Origin: an uncultured Lachnospiraceae bacterium
GTDB lineage: Bacteria > Bacillota > Clostridia > Lachnospirales > Lachnospiraceae
DNA: 64,000 nt
Assembly (NCBI GenBank): GCA_910585465.1
Contig: CAJUEW010000004.1
Location: 44,001-108,000 of the forward strand
Direction: 5' to 3'
Under the pieces are notes generated by a model. It was not told where the DNA came from and ran no database searches. It saw nothing but the letters and a program-made list of their open reading frames with translations. The first letter of the stretch is position 1; each line of letters begins with the position of its first letter. Made by a program: the position numbers and the translations under genes. This document shows, one piece after another, positions 29,272 to 39,753 of this stretch.

Positions 29272-30048
29272 TTATAATACCTCTCTCAATACCGATGCCG
29301 CATTCCTATAAGAATAATGCCAGTTTTCCGGAATATCTGCCTCAACCGTCAACGTATCCTGATAACCGGATTTCATTAATGCCTTTAAAAATTCCGTATA
29401 ATCAAAATCATCCTCCAGCTTCGGGAATGGCCGCTGTGGATAAGAAGCCGGATAATCAATATGAATATGATGAACATAGTTCACATAAGCTACAATATCC
29501 TCAAACGGCTCTCCCGACCAGACCATATGTCTTAAATCTGCCATGGTAAAGAGATTCGGCATATGAACCTCACGAATCACCCGCACCGCCTCCGGCAGCG
29601 TATTGACATAATTTGAATATTTAGGACCCAGCGGTTCCAGAATGACTTCTACTTCATGCTCTCCTGCAATTTCCGCAAACATCCTCATAAAATGGATAAA
29701 ACGGTTTTCTTTTTGAATACTGCTTTCCTCCGGCAACCAGCGCGCTTTTCCATTCCCCAGAACCACTTTTTTTATTCCAAGAGTACTTGCCCTCTGACAT
29801 GCATGTTCCAGATAGTCCTTATATTCCATCGCCTGGAAATGCTCGGTAAAAAACCAGGGATTTACAATAGGAAGCGCCCGCGCGCCTGCCAGCACCGGAA
29901 CCCCTCTTTTCCATACCTTATTGCAAAAAGCATCGAATTCCCTTTCCGGCAACGCTTCAATCTCCGGAACATCCAGTTCTGCATAATCAAATCCTGCCTG
30001 ACATATATCTTCATAATCTGCAATTCGTCCAAATCCGCCCAGCTTCAT
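29272..30048 (-). CDS. Sugar phosphate isomerase/epimerase family (AP_endonuc_2 TIM barrel)
   Basis: GFDYAEL, LEPL, DLRHM, HHIHI and TVE metal-ligand pattern. Confidence 0.85.
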   Translation of the reverse strand: MKLGGFGRIADYEDICQAGFDYAELDVPEIEALPEREFDAFCNKVWKRGVPVLAGARALPIVNPWFFTEHFQAMEYKDYLEHACQRASTLGIKKVVLGNGKARWLPEESSIQKENRFIHFMRMFAEIAGEHEVEVILEPLGPKYSNYVNTLPEAVRVIREVHMPNLFTMADLRHMVWSGEPFEDIVAYVNYVHHIHIDYPASYPQRPFPKLEDDFDYTEFLKALMKSGYQDTLTVEADIPENWHYSYRNAASVLREVL

Positions 30049-30246
30049 CTTTTATTTCCTCTTCCTATATATTTTAAAGTACTGTCTTTGTATTCAGCAG
30101 AACACTTGCCGAATCACTTCCATGAGCATTGTCCGCCTGTTTTATGTTTAAAATAGTGAATCCGAATACCCGTCATTGCTTTTAAAGTATGCTATAAAAC
30201 ATGCTGTGCCCTCTGTTTCTGGTGTTTGAAACCGGCTGACTGTTCA

Positions 30247-31317
30247 TTAATAGTTTTCACGAGTCGCGAGCAGCAGATCATACAACGCCTTCTGCCCTGC
30301 ACTTGCTCCGGCCAGGAAATTATCCACTACCGGCTGAACTGCCTCTTTAAATGATGTTTTGTCCACCTCAATAATTTCAACTCCCTGTGCTTTCAGTTCT
30401 TCCATACCAGCCTCAGTGGCTTCCGGCCAGATCTCATTGTTCCATGTGTCAGAGAATTTTTCTCCGGCCTCCAGAATTGCTTCCTGATTTTCAGAAGACA
30501 AACTGTCAAACCAAACTTTACTTACAAATACCGGATCCGGAATTGTAAAATGCTCTGTTAACGAGAAATATTTCGCAAGCTCCTGCCAGCCATTTGCCAC
30601 AATAACGGACGGCGTATGATCCAGCCCGTCAATGGTTCCCTGCTGCAGTCCGGTATAGATTTCGCTGGAGCCAAGAGGAGTAGCGATTGCACCCATAGCA
30701 TTAGTAGAATCCGCCAGAATCGGGTCCTGCATACAGCGAATCTTCAGGCCCGACAGATCCGATGAAGTATTCACAGTTTTTTTCTGGTTCAGCATACTGC
30801 GGCTTCCTATATCGGTCCAGGCAATGATCACAAATCCATTAGCTTCCGCATCTGCTTCCAGCATCTTGCGAACTGCAGGATCCATAACCGTTGCGCACGC
30901 CTGCTGCCCGCTTTCCCACAGATACGGCAGAGAAAACACTGACCACATATCATTAAACGCAGAAAGGTCTGTTGCCGCACACTCTGTCATCTCGATGGTT
31001 CCATTTCCCAAGCCCTCAAAGGTTGCAGTCTTGTCACCCAGTTGGGAAGATGGGTAGAATTCCATCCTCATACGGCCTTCGGAGCACTCCTCAATCAGTT
31101 CACCTAATCTGGAGGCTCCGTCCGCCTGCGTACCAGTGGACGGGTAGGTTACTGAATATTTTACAACGATCTGAGAAGAATCGGCAGCACTTTCAGAAAC
31201 TGCAGGCGCAGGTGTGCTGCTGTCGTTTACAGACATAGATTCCCCGGAGTTGCCGCATCCGGCCAGGCCAAGAACCATACCTGTTGCCAGTAACATAGAA
31301 ATAAGTTTTTTTTTCAT
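30247..31317 (-). CDS. dctP: TRAP transporter substrate-binding lipoprotein
   Basis: Lipobox LAGC; YPSSQLG, GLKIR, EIYTGLQQGTIDG. Start moved to MKKK at 31317. Confidence 0.92.
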   Translation of the reverse strand: MKKKLISMLLATGMVLGLAGCGNSGESMSVNDSSTPAPAVSESAADSSQIVVKYSVTYPSTGTQADGASRLGELIEECSEGRMRMEFYPSSQLGDKTATFEGLGNGTIEMTECAATDLSAFNDMWSVFSLPYLWESGQQACATVMDPAVRKMLEADAEANGFVIIAWTDIGSRSMLNQKKTVNTSSDLSGLKIRCMQDPILADSTNAMGAIATPLGSSEIYTGLQQGTIDGLDHTPSVIVANGWQELAKYFSLTEHFTIPDPVFVSKVWFDSLSSENQEAILEAGEKFSDTWNNEIWPEATEAGMEELKAQGVEIIEVDKTSFKEAVQPVVDNFLAGASAGQKALYDLLLATRENY

Positions 31318-31403
31318 TATTTTGAATCTCCTTTTCTTATATTTTAAATTCCATATCCACCTGGACACCGGCCAGAGCAGATACTGTTTTCAGTTCCAAA
31401 AAC

Positions 31404-32369
31404 TTACGCCCACCACATCTCTGTCTTTTCTTCAAAAATCAATGCATCTTTGATGATTCTGACTGCTTTTTCCAGACCTTCAAATCGATTGACAAGACTG
31501 TCCTCATGCTCGATGCTTACTGCGCCGTTATATCCCGCCACACGCAGAGCAGAAAAGATATCTTTCCAATAGGCGGCATCATTGCCGTAACCTATAGTCC
31601 GAAAAATCCAGGAACGATTGAGCTCGTCACTGTAATGTCTGGTATCCAGCACACCATTGACAGCAGTATTGATTGGATCAAGCTTTACATCTTTTGCATG
31701 CACATGATAAATTGCATCTTTCAGCTCCCGAATAACTGCCACAGGACTCATTCCCTGCCAAAGCAGATGACTGGGATCAAAATTGGCCCCAATCTCTGTT
31801 CCGACTGCCGCGCGAAGTCTCTTTAAGGTATCTGTGTTATATACCATAAATCCCGGATGCAGCTCCAGGGCAATCTTCGTCACCTTATGCTCTCTTGCAA
31901 AATCTACAAACTCTTTCCAGTACGGGATCAACACTTCATTCCACTGATATTCCAGAATCCTCAAATAATCATCCGGCCAGGAGCAGGTCACCCAGTTGGG
32001 ATATTTTGAATCCGGACAATCTCCCGCACATCCGGAAAAACAGGTAATCGTGTCCAGACCCAATTCCTGACAGAGCCGTACTGCATCACGCATATCTGCG
32101 TCATAGGAAACTGCAAGCTCACGGTCCGGGTGGATTGGATTGCCATGGCAGGAAAGCGCACTGATTGTCAAACCAGAATCCGAGAGCAGACGTTTAAATT
32201 CTTTGAGCTTTTCCGTATCCGCAAGCAGAGCTCCTGGATCCACATGTGACTTACCTGCATAGCCTCCGCATCCGGGTTCAATAGTCTGAATCCCCATTTT
32301 TTGAAAAAAGTCAAGCGCTTCTGCAAGCGGTCTGTCCTGAAGAATATTTGCCACAATACCGATCTTCAT
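31404..32369 (-). CDS. IolE-like TIM-barrel protein (keto-sugar hydratase/lyase/epimerase candidate)
   Basis: SALSCHGNP.HP, ELHPGF, NFDPSH, HVHAKD, W.FRT.GYG and SIEHED motifs. Confidence 0.88.
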   Translation of the reverse strand: MKIGIVANILQDRPLAEALDFFQKMGIQTIEPGCGGYAGKSHVDPGALLADTEKLKEFKRLLSDSGLTISALSCHGNPIHPDRELAVSYDADMRDAVRLCQELGLDTITCFSGCAGDCPDSKYPNWVTCSWPDDYLRILEYQWNEVLIPYWKEFVDFAREHKVTKIALELHPGFMVYNTDTLKRLRAAVGTEIGANFDPSHLLWQGMSPVAVIRELKDAIYHVHAKDVKLDPINTAVNGVLDTRHYSDELNRSWIFRTIGYGNDAAYWKDIFSALRVAGYNGAVSIEHEDSLVNRFEGLEKAVRIIKDALIFEEKTEMWWA

Positions 32370-32390
32370 TCTTCTTCTCCTTCCGGAATC

Positions 32391-33494
32391 TTAGTCAAGG
32401 CTGACCCAGCGGCCTGTCTTTGCACTTTCATATATCCTGTCAAGCACCTCCATCTGATGCAGTCCATCCTCAAAGGTTGCATATGGATTGGACGGCTTTA
32501 CTCCGCGGATCGCGCCGTAAATGGCTGTAAAATTCTGTTTAAACGCATCCGGGAATCCTTCCACATGTCCTCCCGGATAAGCTACCACCGGCACAGTATT
32601 CGGATGAGCCAAATCCTGGTCTTTCGTCCACAGCCGATTCGGTTCGCTGCGATAACCAAACTGCAGATCACCAATGCTTTCGCTGTCCCAGGAAACGGAA
32701 CCTGCCGAACCGGACACCTGATATGTAATTTGATTCTTTTTCCCCTGATGCACCTGTGAAAATACAGCATTCCCAACCGCACCATTCTCAAAACGAACCA
32801 TAATATAAGAAGTATCCTCGGTATCTACTTCCACCTCCTGTACTTCTCCTGACTGACCGATCTGTCTGACCGGCAAATCTGTCTGAAACTCCGCAAAGAC
32901 TTCTTTCACCCTGCTGCCAATTACATATTCGGCAAGATCGATCCAGTGGGAACCGATGTCGGATGTAACCCTGGTATTTCCTCCATTTTTTGACAGCATA
33001 CGCCAGTTAAAGTCCGTCCTCCGCGAGAAGCAGTCCTGCAGATATCCGCCATGTATTCCGTAGATCTTACCCAGTGAGCCATCCTGGAGCATATTACGAA
33101 GCTGATGGTTAGCGGGATAGAAACGGTTATGGAAATTAACTGCATGAACAAGACCGCTCTTCCTGGCAGCCTCCAGCATCTCCTTCGCTTCTCCGGCGTT
33201 TCTTGCCATAGGTTTCTCACAGATCACATTTACTCCATGCTCCAGCGCATACATTGCGATTTCTTTGTGAGTATTATTCGGTGTACAAATATGGATGCAA
33301 TCCGGCCTGCACACTTCAATCATTTCCTGATAATCTGAAAATCCATTGGGAATATCCAGCGCCTCCGCTTTTTTCTGCGCATCCATAATATCCACCAGCG
33401 CAACCAGCTCCACGCCCGGCACCCGCCTGATCGCGTCCACATGCGCTGCTCCGATAAAACCAAAGCCAATTACTGCTGCCTTTAATCTCTTCAT
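32391..33494 (-). CDS. Gfo/Idh/MocA family NAD(P)-dependent oxidoreductase
   Basis: IGFGFIG, ICTPN..H, CEKP, DIGSHW.D. Start at MKRLK (33494) after an AGGAGG RBS. Confidence 0.92.
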   Translation of the reverse strand: MKRLKAAVIGFGFIGAAHVDAIRRVPGVELVALVDIMDAQKKAEALDIPNGFSDYQEMIEVCRPDCIHICTPNNTHKEIAMYALEHGVNVICEKPMARNAGEAKEMLEAARKSGLVHAVNFHNRFYPANHQLRNMLQDGSLGKIYGIHGGYLQDCFSRRTDFNWRMLSKNGGNTRVTSDIGSHWIDLAEYVIGSRVKEVFAEFQTDLPVRQIGQSGEVQEVEVDTEDTSYIMVRFENGAVGNAVFSQVHQGKKNQITYQVSGSAGSVSWDSESIGDLQFGYRSEPNRLWTKDQDLAHPNTVPVVAYPGGHVEGFPDAFKQNFTAIYGAIRGVKPSNPYATFEDGLHQMEVLDRIYESAKTGRWVSLD

Positions 33495-33581
33495 ATTTCC
33501 TCCTAATTCCGTATCTGTCTCTTTATGCCTTTGGAGTCGAAAAGCTTTCCGGGCACTATTGGACAGATGACGTTTCAATTT

Positions 33582-34526
33582 CTATCTCTCCAGAACCAGT
33601 GCCGCCGCTCCCAGAAGAGCCGCCTCATAGCCCAGCGGAGTCTCTATAATATCAATATTCTGCATCCGTTTAAAAGCATTTTGCTGTACAGAAGTCCGAA
33701 TGGACGGAAGCAGGAGATCAAGAGAAGCCGCCACTCCGCCACCAATTACGACTGCCTGTGTATTTAATATGTTAATACAATAAGAAATGCCCCGTCCCAG
33801 ATAGGTGCCTACCTGATCTATAATATCCAATGCGTCATTATTCCCTGCCCTGGCAAGTGCCGCACAGCCTGCCCCGTCCGGTTTTAACCCCATCTTTTCC
33901 AGCGCCTTTGCAAATTCAGTAGAATCCAGTGCACGTTTTCTTGTCTCCCGAATCAATGCCGTACCGGAGCCATGTGCCTCCAGGCACCCATACTGCCCGC
34001 AGGGACAATGAGCTGGGTTCTTGTATTCAACTTTCAGATGTCCCAGTTCACCGGCAAATCCATATCCGCCCCGGACCAGCTTTGAACTTTCTACCACTGC
34101 TCCGCCGACCCCTGTACTCACTGTCATCCAGATAAAGTCCGTATAGTTTTTTCCAACTCCAAACCGCTGTTCGCCGATGGCACAAGCATTGACATCGTTT
34201 TCACACTGTACCTTCAAAAATCCCAGTTCTGACCGAAGGATATCTGCCACTGGTACATTCTCCCAGTCCGCATATGGCGCATAAATCAATACACCATCTT
34301 TATTATTTACAATACCTGGAAGTGCTGCGCCCATACCAATAAAATCATCTGCCGTTAGTCCCATCTGTCTCATCAGACATCTCATTGATTCTGCGCACAT
34401 ACTAAGATGTGTCTCATAGCCTGCCACAACTGACGGAAACTTTTCCTGTGCCAGTATTTTGCCTTTTTCATCCAGGACAGCAGCTATTGTTTTTGTTCCG
34501 CCGATATCTAACGCTGCAATATACAT
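33582..34526 (-). CDS. ROK family sugar kinase
   Basis: DIGGTK, ENDVN, STGVGG, GELGH, CPCG..GCLE; no HTH. Confidence 0.93.
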   Translation of the reverse strand: MYIAALDIGGTKTIAAVLDEKGKILAQEKFPSVVAGYETHLSMCAESMRCLMRQMGLTADDFIGMGAALPGIVNNKDGVLIYAPYADWENVPVADILRSELGFLKVQCENDVNACAIGEQRFGVGKNYTDFIWMTVSTGVGGAVVESSKLVRGGYGFAGELGHLKVEYKNPAHCPCGQYGCLEAHGSGTALIRETRKRALDSTEFAKALEKMGLKPDGAGCAALARAGNNDALDIIDQVGTYLGRGISYCINILNTQAVVIGGGVAASLDLLLPSIRTSVQQNAFKRMQNIDIIETPLGYEAALLGAAALVLER

Positions 34527-34547
34527 AAGTTTACCCTCCGATACCTC

Positions 34548-35108
34548 TTATGCACTTACATTGTCCGCGTAGATCCGCTGTGAGATTGCATGTCCAAGAA
34601 TCACATGAATATCCTCCACTACGCCATAGTTCTTAGAAGGAACCACCATGGCAAGGTCAGACATATGAATAATTTTTCCGCCTTTATCTCCGACAACACA
34701 TGCGGTTCTGGCCCCATTTTCTCTTGCATAACGGTGAGCTTCCACAAGATTCGGTGAACTGCCTGAGACAGAGAAGGTCAGAACCAGATCCCCAGGCTCC
34801 AGAAAATTCTTCATCTGTTCAGAGAAGGTCGTCTCATAACCGCAGTCATTACCAAGGGCACTGAAGATGGCCCCGTTATCCACCGGAGAGAAAATTTTAA
34901 GCCGCTTGGAATCTTTTGTGTTGATTCCTTTTCCAAAATCACATACCCAGTGAGATGCGGCCGCTGCGCTGCCTCCATTCCCAAGCAGGAAAAGATGCTT
35001 CCCGTTCTTTCTGGTCTCCTCGATCATATCAAATAATTTCTGGACCTCTTCTCTTTTCAGACTGGAAAGAGTGCTATTTAACATTTTGCTGTAATCATCA
35101 AAAAACAT
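34548..35108 (-). CDS. SIS-domain phosphosugar isomerase, GmhA (phosphoheptose isomerase)-like
   Basis: GNGGSAA.ASH, SA.GND.GY...F..Q, SVSGSSPN, VEDIH...H. Confidence 0.88.
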   Translation of the reverse strand: MFFDDYSKMLNSTLSSLKREEVQKLFDMIEETRKNGKHLFLLGNGGSAAAASHWVCDFGKGINTKDSKRLKIFSPVDNGAIFSALGNDCGYETTFSEQMKNFLEPGDLVLTFSVSGSSPNLVEAHRYARENGARTACVVGDKGGKIIHMSDLAMVVPSKNYGVVEDIHVILGHAISQRIYADNVSA

Positions 35109-35183
35109 ATCTAAATCCTCCTGATTGAACCTGCTCTGTTATTTCTAAATTTAAATTCTGCATCTGTTAAACAAACGCTGTTT

Positions 35184-35621
35184 TTAGTCTTCTTCTATGT
35201 ATTCGCCGGAGTTATCCTCCAGAACATCGTAGCCTGCGCGAATATACAAATCAAGCTGCGGCGGCGTAGCAATGCCAAGTGTTACAAAGTCTTCCGTATT
35301 TCCCGCCGGATTACGGGTGCCATGCAGGACACCCGGAGGCGCATAGACAATATCTCCCGCCTTCGTCGGAATCCACTTATCATAGAGATAACACTCTCCT
35401 TCCCCGCTGTAGATAATAAGAATCTCCTCAGATACCGGATGTTTATGCGGAGCAAATTCTTTGCCTGGTTTATGAAAGCCAACTGCAATATTAGCGCCAC
35501 GACACCCCATCTTTGGATTTAATGCAAAATGTACATCATGTCCGTTTGGCATTGTCCATATTTCACCGCCATCAATACTGAATTTTCCACCATATTTCAT
35601 TACATGTTCTTTTTTTGTCAC
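35184..35621 (-). CDS. Cupin domain protein
   Basis: HKHPVSEE and PPGVLHG metal-binding cupin motifs. Confidence 0.88.
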   Translation of the reverse strand: MTKKEHVMKYGGKFSIDGGEIWTMPNGHDVHFALNPKMGCRGANIAVGFHKPGKEFAPHKHPVSEEILIIYSGEGECYLYDKWIPTKAGDIVYAPPGVLHGTRNPAGNTEDFVTLGIATPPQLDLYIRAGYDVLEDNSGEYIEED

Positions 35622-35679
35622 AATGATTTTCTCCTTTTTATTAACAGTCTTTCAGAATCTCCAATTTTTCTTCCACTTT

Positions 35680-36717
35680 TTACCGGAAACGGATAACCGG
35701 CTTGATTGCTGCCCCGGACATCATATCCTCAAATGCCTGAAGCGCGTCTTTATAATCATAAACCGTAATCAATTTTTTCAGATCATCCTGAAGTTTTACC
35801 AGAATGTCCACTGCCGCAGATGTTCCGTCTGTCTTCAGATGCGGATATGGACCTTTAGAGCCCCGAATCGTCAGCTCCTTACGCATAATCGGCAGAAGCT
35901 CTACTTTATCTGCAAACCCGCTGTAAACGCTTCCGACTACAATCCGTCCTCCCGGGCGGACAATCTCAAATGCATTCTGCAGAACCGGAAGAGCGCCGGT
36001 AAGCTCCACCACCACATCTGCCCCTTTTGATCCGCACATTTCCAGAAGCTGATCCTGCCAGTCCTCATCGCTGCTGTCTACAACATCGATAAATCCAAGC
36101 TGACGTACTTTCTCCAGACGCATTTTGCTTCTGTCAACTCCCACGACTACATCGACTCCCATGCTCTTAATGATACGGGCTGCGGTCAGCCCCATAGGAC
36201 CCATACCGAAAACAACTACAGTCTCTCCATGCTTTACATCTGCCTGACGCGCCACATGATATGCACAGTTGGCCGGCTCAAGCAATGTTGCGGTAATATC
36301 ATCAATAGTATCCGGAATCGGACTGATGAAGCTGTATTCCGGTGTATTTAACACTAAGGTTTCCTCTGAAAATCCTCCCGGAAGAAGCGCGTCATTCATA
36401 CTCTTACAGTAATTGGGCAGTCCATTGCGGCAGTTCCAGCAGTGTCCGCAGGTTCTGGACAATTCACTGGCTACGCGCATCCCCTTATAGATTCCATTGG
36501 AGCCGTCACCGGCATCTGCCACCACACCGGAAAATTCATGGCCGAAATACCTCTCATTCTGAAGGGAACGTTTTCCATGATAAAGAGCAATATCACTGCC
36601 GCAAATGCTGCAGGCCGCCACGTCAATCTTCACCGTACCTGGTTCCAATGTCCGGATATGCTCACTGTTTTCCTGTAATTCCAGTTTTCCATAATCGACC
36701 AATGCTACTTTTCTCAT
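35680..36717 (-). CDS. Zinc-dependent (MDR) polyol/sugar dehydrogenase
   Basis: CGSD, GHEFSG, CGHCWNC...NYC, GMGPMG. Confidence 0.92.
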   Translation of the reverse strand: MRKVALVDYGKLELQENSEHIRTLEPGTVKIDVAACSICGSDIALYHGKRSLQNERYFGHEFSGVVADAGDGSNGIYKGMRVASELSRTCGHCWNCRNGLPNYCKSMNDALLPGGFSEETLVLNTPEYSFISPIPDTIDDITATLLEPANCAYHVARQADVKHGETVVVFGMGPMGLTAARIIKSMGVDVVVGVDRSKMRLEKVRQLGFIDVVDSSDEDWQDQLLEMCGSKGADVVVELTGALPVLQNAFEIVRPGGRIVVGSVYSGFADKVELLPIMRKELTIRGSKGPYPHLKTDGTSAAVDILVKLQDDLKKLITVYDYKDALQAFEDMMSGAAIKPVIRFR

Positions 36718-36766
36718 ATAAATCTGTCCTTTCTATTGTCTCTCCTCTGATTAACCTAATATATGA

Positions 36767-37597
36767 TCAGCCAAAAATAGAACGGGCATATTTGACGCCA
36801 TTGCCCATATGCTCCACAGACTCTTCAAACGTGTCATACCAGAGCTTCCACGGATAAATTCCAAATACCTCAAAGGAACAATAGCCCTGGAACCCGACTT
36901 CCCGAAGCGTCTCTGCAACAGATGCAAAATCAAAATGTCCATCCCCCGGCGCCTGGCGGTTAGAGTCTGCAAGATGCAGATTTGCCAGTGTGTGACCATA
37001 TTTACGGATCGTCTCTGCAGGATCAACCTCTTCAATATTCAGATGATAGGTATCTGCCATGGTGCGGACATTGGGAAGATCTACCATATTTATAAAATTC
37101 ACCGCTTCTTCCAACGTATTAAGGAAATTGGTTTCGTAACGGTTGATCGCTTCAACCGCCAGTGTGATCCCTTTTTCCTGAGCATATAAACCGGACTGAC
37201 GGATCACCTCAACCATACATTCCACACCTTTTTCTTTGTTCCATTCCGGCTCAAAGCTTCTGGTCCTGCCGCCGCTGCCGACAATAATGGTCGGACATTC
37301 CATGTCACAGGCCACATCGACTACTTTCTTCATATAAGCAACGGATTTTTTCATCATCTCCGGATCCGTACTCAGCAGGCGGATTGTTCCATCAAAGATA
37401 TAATGGAGCCCGCTGCATACAATTCCTGCATCATGGATCCAGTCAAGGACCTCCTTCCGACGTTCTGGTGTGGATTCCACCGGCAGATGGAGCGCTGTAG
37501 TCAACTCTACTGCGTCATAACCAAGTCTGGCGGAAGTATCAATAATTTCTTTCAAATCTGCCATGCCAAAAGCAGCAGTACATGCACTTAACTTCAT
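36767..37597 (-). CDS. D-tagatose/D-psicose 3-epimerase-like TIM-barrel protein
   Basis: EAINRYE, DTYHLNIEE, HLADSNR..PGDGH, FEV. Confidence 0.9.
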   Translation of the reverse strand: MKLSACTAAFGMADLKEIIDTSARLGYDAVELTTALHLPVESTPERRKEVLDWIHDAGIVCSGLHYIFDGTIRLLSTDPEMMKKSVAYMKKVVDVACDMECPTIIVGSGGRTRSFEPEWNKEKGVECMVEVIRQSGLYAQEKGITLAVEAINRYETNFLNTLEEAVNFINMVDLPNVRTMADTYHLNIEEVDPAETIRKYGHTLANLHLADSNRQAPGDGHFDFASVAETLREVGFQGYCSFEVFGIYPWKLWYDTFEESVEHMGNGVKYARSIFG

Positions 37598-37632
37598 ATT
37601 CTCTCCCCTTTTCTTCGTATTTTGTTAACTGG

Positions 37633-38946
37633 CTATGCTACACTGTATCCCAGCATCACCGGAACAAACGTGACCAACGCCGGAATATATGTAATCAACA
37701 ACAATGCAACGACCTCTGCAATCAAATAGGGAACCGTTCCCTTAATGCCCTCTTCAACGTTGATTTCGCCGATCCTGCTTCCTATGAACAGGCAGTATCC
37801 CAGAGGCGGTGTGATATTTCCAATGGTAAGGTTCAGCGCCATGATGATTCCGAAATGCACCGTACTAATGCCAAGTGTCACTGCAACCGGGGTAAGGATT
37901 GGCGCAAGGATGATCACGGATGCACCTCCATCCATAAACATCCCCATAATAAGAAGCAGGATATTGACAAGCAGCAAGAATACATATTTGTTATTTGTTA
38001 ATGAAAGAATCAGATTATTCACGATTACCGGCATCTGAAGTGCTGTCAGACCGTAGCTGAACACACGCGCACAGGCAATAATCAAAAGCAGCGGAGCCGC
38101 ACTGTTGACTGTTGCAAGCAGCAGAGACCAGATGTCACGAATCTTTAACGTACGGCTGATAAACAGGCTGACCAGCAGACTGTAGACAACTGCAACTGCT
38201 CCTGCCTCTGTCGGTGTACAGACACCACCCATAATACCTCCTACGATGATGACTGGCATACCAAGCGGGATAATACCATCCAAAGCAATCTTCATCACTT
38301 CGCTTTTGGTCAGCTTTTCATCATGCTTCGGAAAATGGTAAATATGATTACGAACCAATAATACCGCCATCAGAACCAGTCCAACCAGAATGCCCGGAAT
38401 CAGTCCTCCCATGAACATCGCCCCTACCGAACAGCCTACCGCAGTCGCAAAAACCACCATAATGATACTTGGCGGAATAATCGGTCCGCAGGTAGACGCT
38501 GCAGCGATAATACCGACCGCTTCTTCTGCAGGATATCCTTCTTCCTTCATCGCCGGGATCAGAATACCTCCCATACAGGATGTACTTGCCTGCGCAGAGC
38601 CGGTAATTCCGCCGAAAAACATACTTGCCACGATACTGGAAAGTCCAAGGCTGGCCGGAAGGCGTCCGATCAGCAGCATGGCAAATTTAATCAGCTTTTC
38701 GGTAATCTTCCCACGGTTCATAATCTCACCGGCAAACATGAAAAATGGAATTGCCAGAAGCGGCAGACTTCCGATACCATTAAATATGGACTGCGGAATA
38801 ACCAGCGTGGCCAGCGGAGTTGCGGTGGATGATGCCAGCGCCGCAAGACTGAGCAGACCGGTGAACATCAGGCTAATGTAAATTGGAATACCAATAATAA
38901 TAAAAACAAAGGTCAAGATGATCAGAATCGCAATTACTCCTCCCAT
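37633..38946 (-). CDS. dctM: TRAP transporter large permease
   Basis: LLAIPFF, IIPPSI, TPTEA, ITPPLG; about 12 TM segments. Confidence 0.95.
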   Translation of the reverse strand: MGGVIAILIILTFVFIIIGIPIYISLMFTGLLSLAALASSTATPLATLVIPQSIFNGIGSLPLLAIPFFMFAGEIMNRGKITEKLIKFAMLLIGRLPASLGLSSIVASMFFGGITGSAQASTSCMGGILIPAMKEEGYPAEEAVGIIAAASTCGPIIPPSIIMVVFATAVGCSVGAMFMGGLIPGILVGLVLMAVLLVRNHIYHFPKHDEKLTKSEVMKIALDGIIPLGMPVIIVGGIMGGVCTPTEAGAVAVVYSLLVSLFISRTLKIRDIWSLLLATVNSAAPLLLIIACARVFSYGLTALQMPVIVNNLILSLTNNKYVFLLLVNILLLIMGMFMDGGASVIILAPILTPVAVTLGISTVHFGIIMALNLTIGNITPPLGYCLFIGSRIGEINVEEGIKGTVPYLIAEVVALLLITYIPALVTFVPVMLGYSVA

Positions 38947-38958
38947 ACATTTCCTCCC

Positions 38959-39447
38959 TTACTCATTTTCGGACCTTGTGTCCGTTAGTATTTTCTTCTT
39001 AAAAGTCTTTAAATACTCATAAATGCAAAAACCAAAGCCCATTGGAATGGACATATAAAAATACATTCTCGGAACCCGGAGCACCGTGCTTTTCATCGTA
39101 CCACCCAATGTAAACTGCACAGAGATCACGAACATGAACACCAGCAACGCAACCGTCAGAATGTTGATCAGCGCACGCATTGCAATCCGCGCTGTTCTCG
39201 ATTTCTGATTGCTGATAAAAGAAGTAAATTCCGCATGCCCATTGGAACGTATCGCCCTGGCGCTTCCAAACATACCTACCGCCACAAGCAGCGTCTGATT
39301 TACTTCATCTGCCCATAGAAATCCAATATGGAATATGTAGCGTCCAAATACACACACTGCCGCGATAACAACAATAGCTGCCAGGCAGGAGCCCGAAACG
39401 ATATCTTCGATCCATGAGATTGCTTTGTCCAACTTTTTAAAAAACAT
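38959..39447 (-). CDS. dctQ: TRAP transporter small permease
   Basis: 4 TM segments; VFGRY....W.DE; adjacent to dctM. Confidence 0.9.
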   Translation of the reverse strand: MFFKKLDKAISWIEDIVSGSCLAAIVVIAAVCVFGRYIFHIGFLWADEVNQTLLVAVGMFGSARAIRSNGHAEFTSFISNQKSRTARIAMRALINILTVALLVFMFVISVQFTLGGTMKSTVLRVPRMYFYMSIPMGFGFCIYEYLKTFKKKILTDTRSENE

Positions 39448-39474
39448 TTTACCCTCCTTTGATTTTATTATTTT

Positions 39475-39488
39475 TGTAATCGATTACA
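39475..39488. promoter_or_regulatory. LacI-family operator 1
   Basis: Perfect palindrome TGTAATCGATTACA with central CG, just upstream of the dctQ RBS. Confidence 0.8.
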
Positions 39489-39604
39489 TTTTATGAATAT
39501 AGTATATACTATATATTTACTGTTGTAAATCGTTATAATTCATAGATCTTCATTTTTATTTTTGTGCATTTTCCCCTATTTTTAATCGTTTTAATTTTCT
39601 ATTT

Positions 39605-39618
39605 AGTAATCGATTACA
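39605..39618. promoter_or_regulatory. LacI-family operator 2
   Basis: AGTAATCGATTACA, 130 bp from operator 1, in the divergent intergenic region. Confidence 0.75.
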
Positions 39619-39753
39619 TTTATCCGATAACTTTTACTTGTAAATATTTGCAAATTGTTATAAAATATATCCGATCAAAAATTTCGGTGTTCAGGAAAAG
39701 CATCTTAAGCTTTTCAACAATCTGCACCACAATTTCCTTCGCAGGAGATACAT

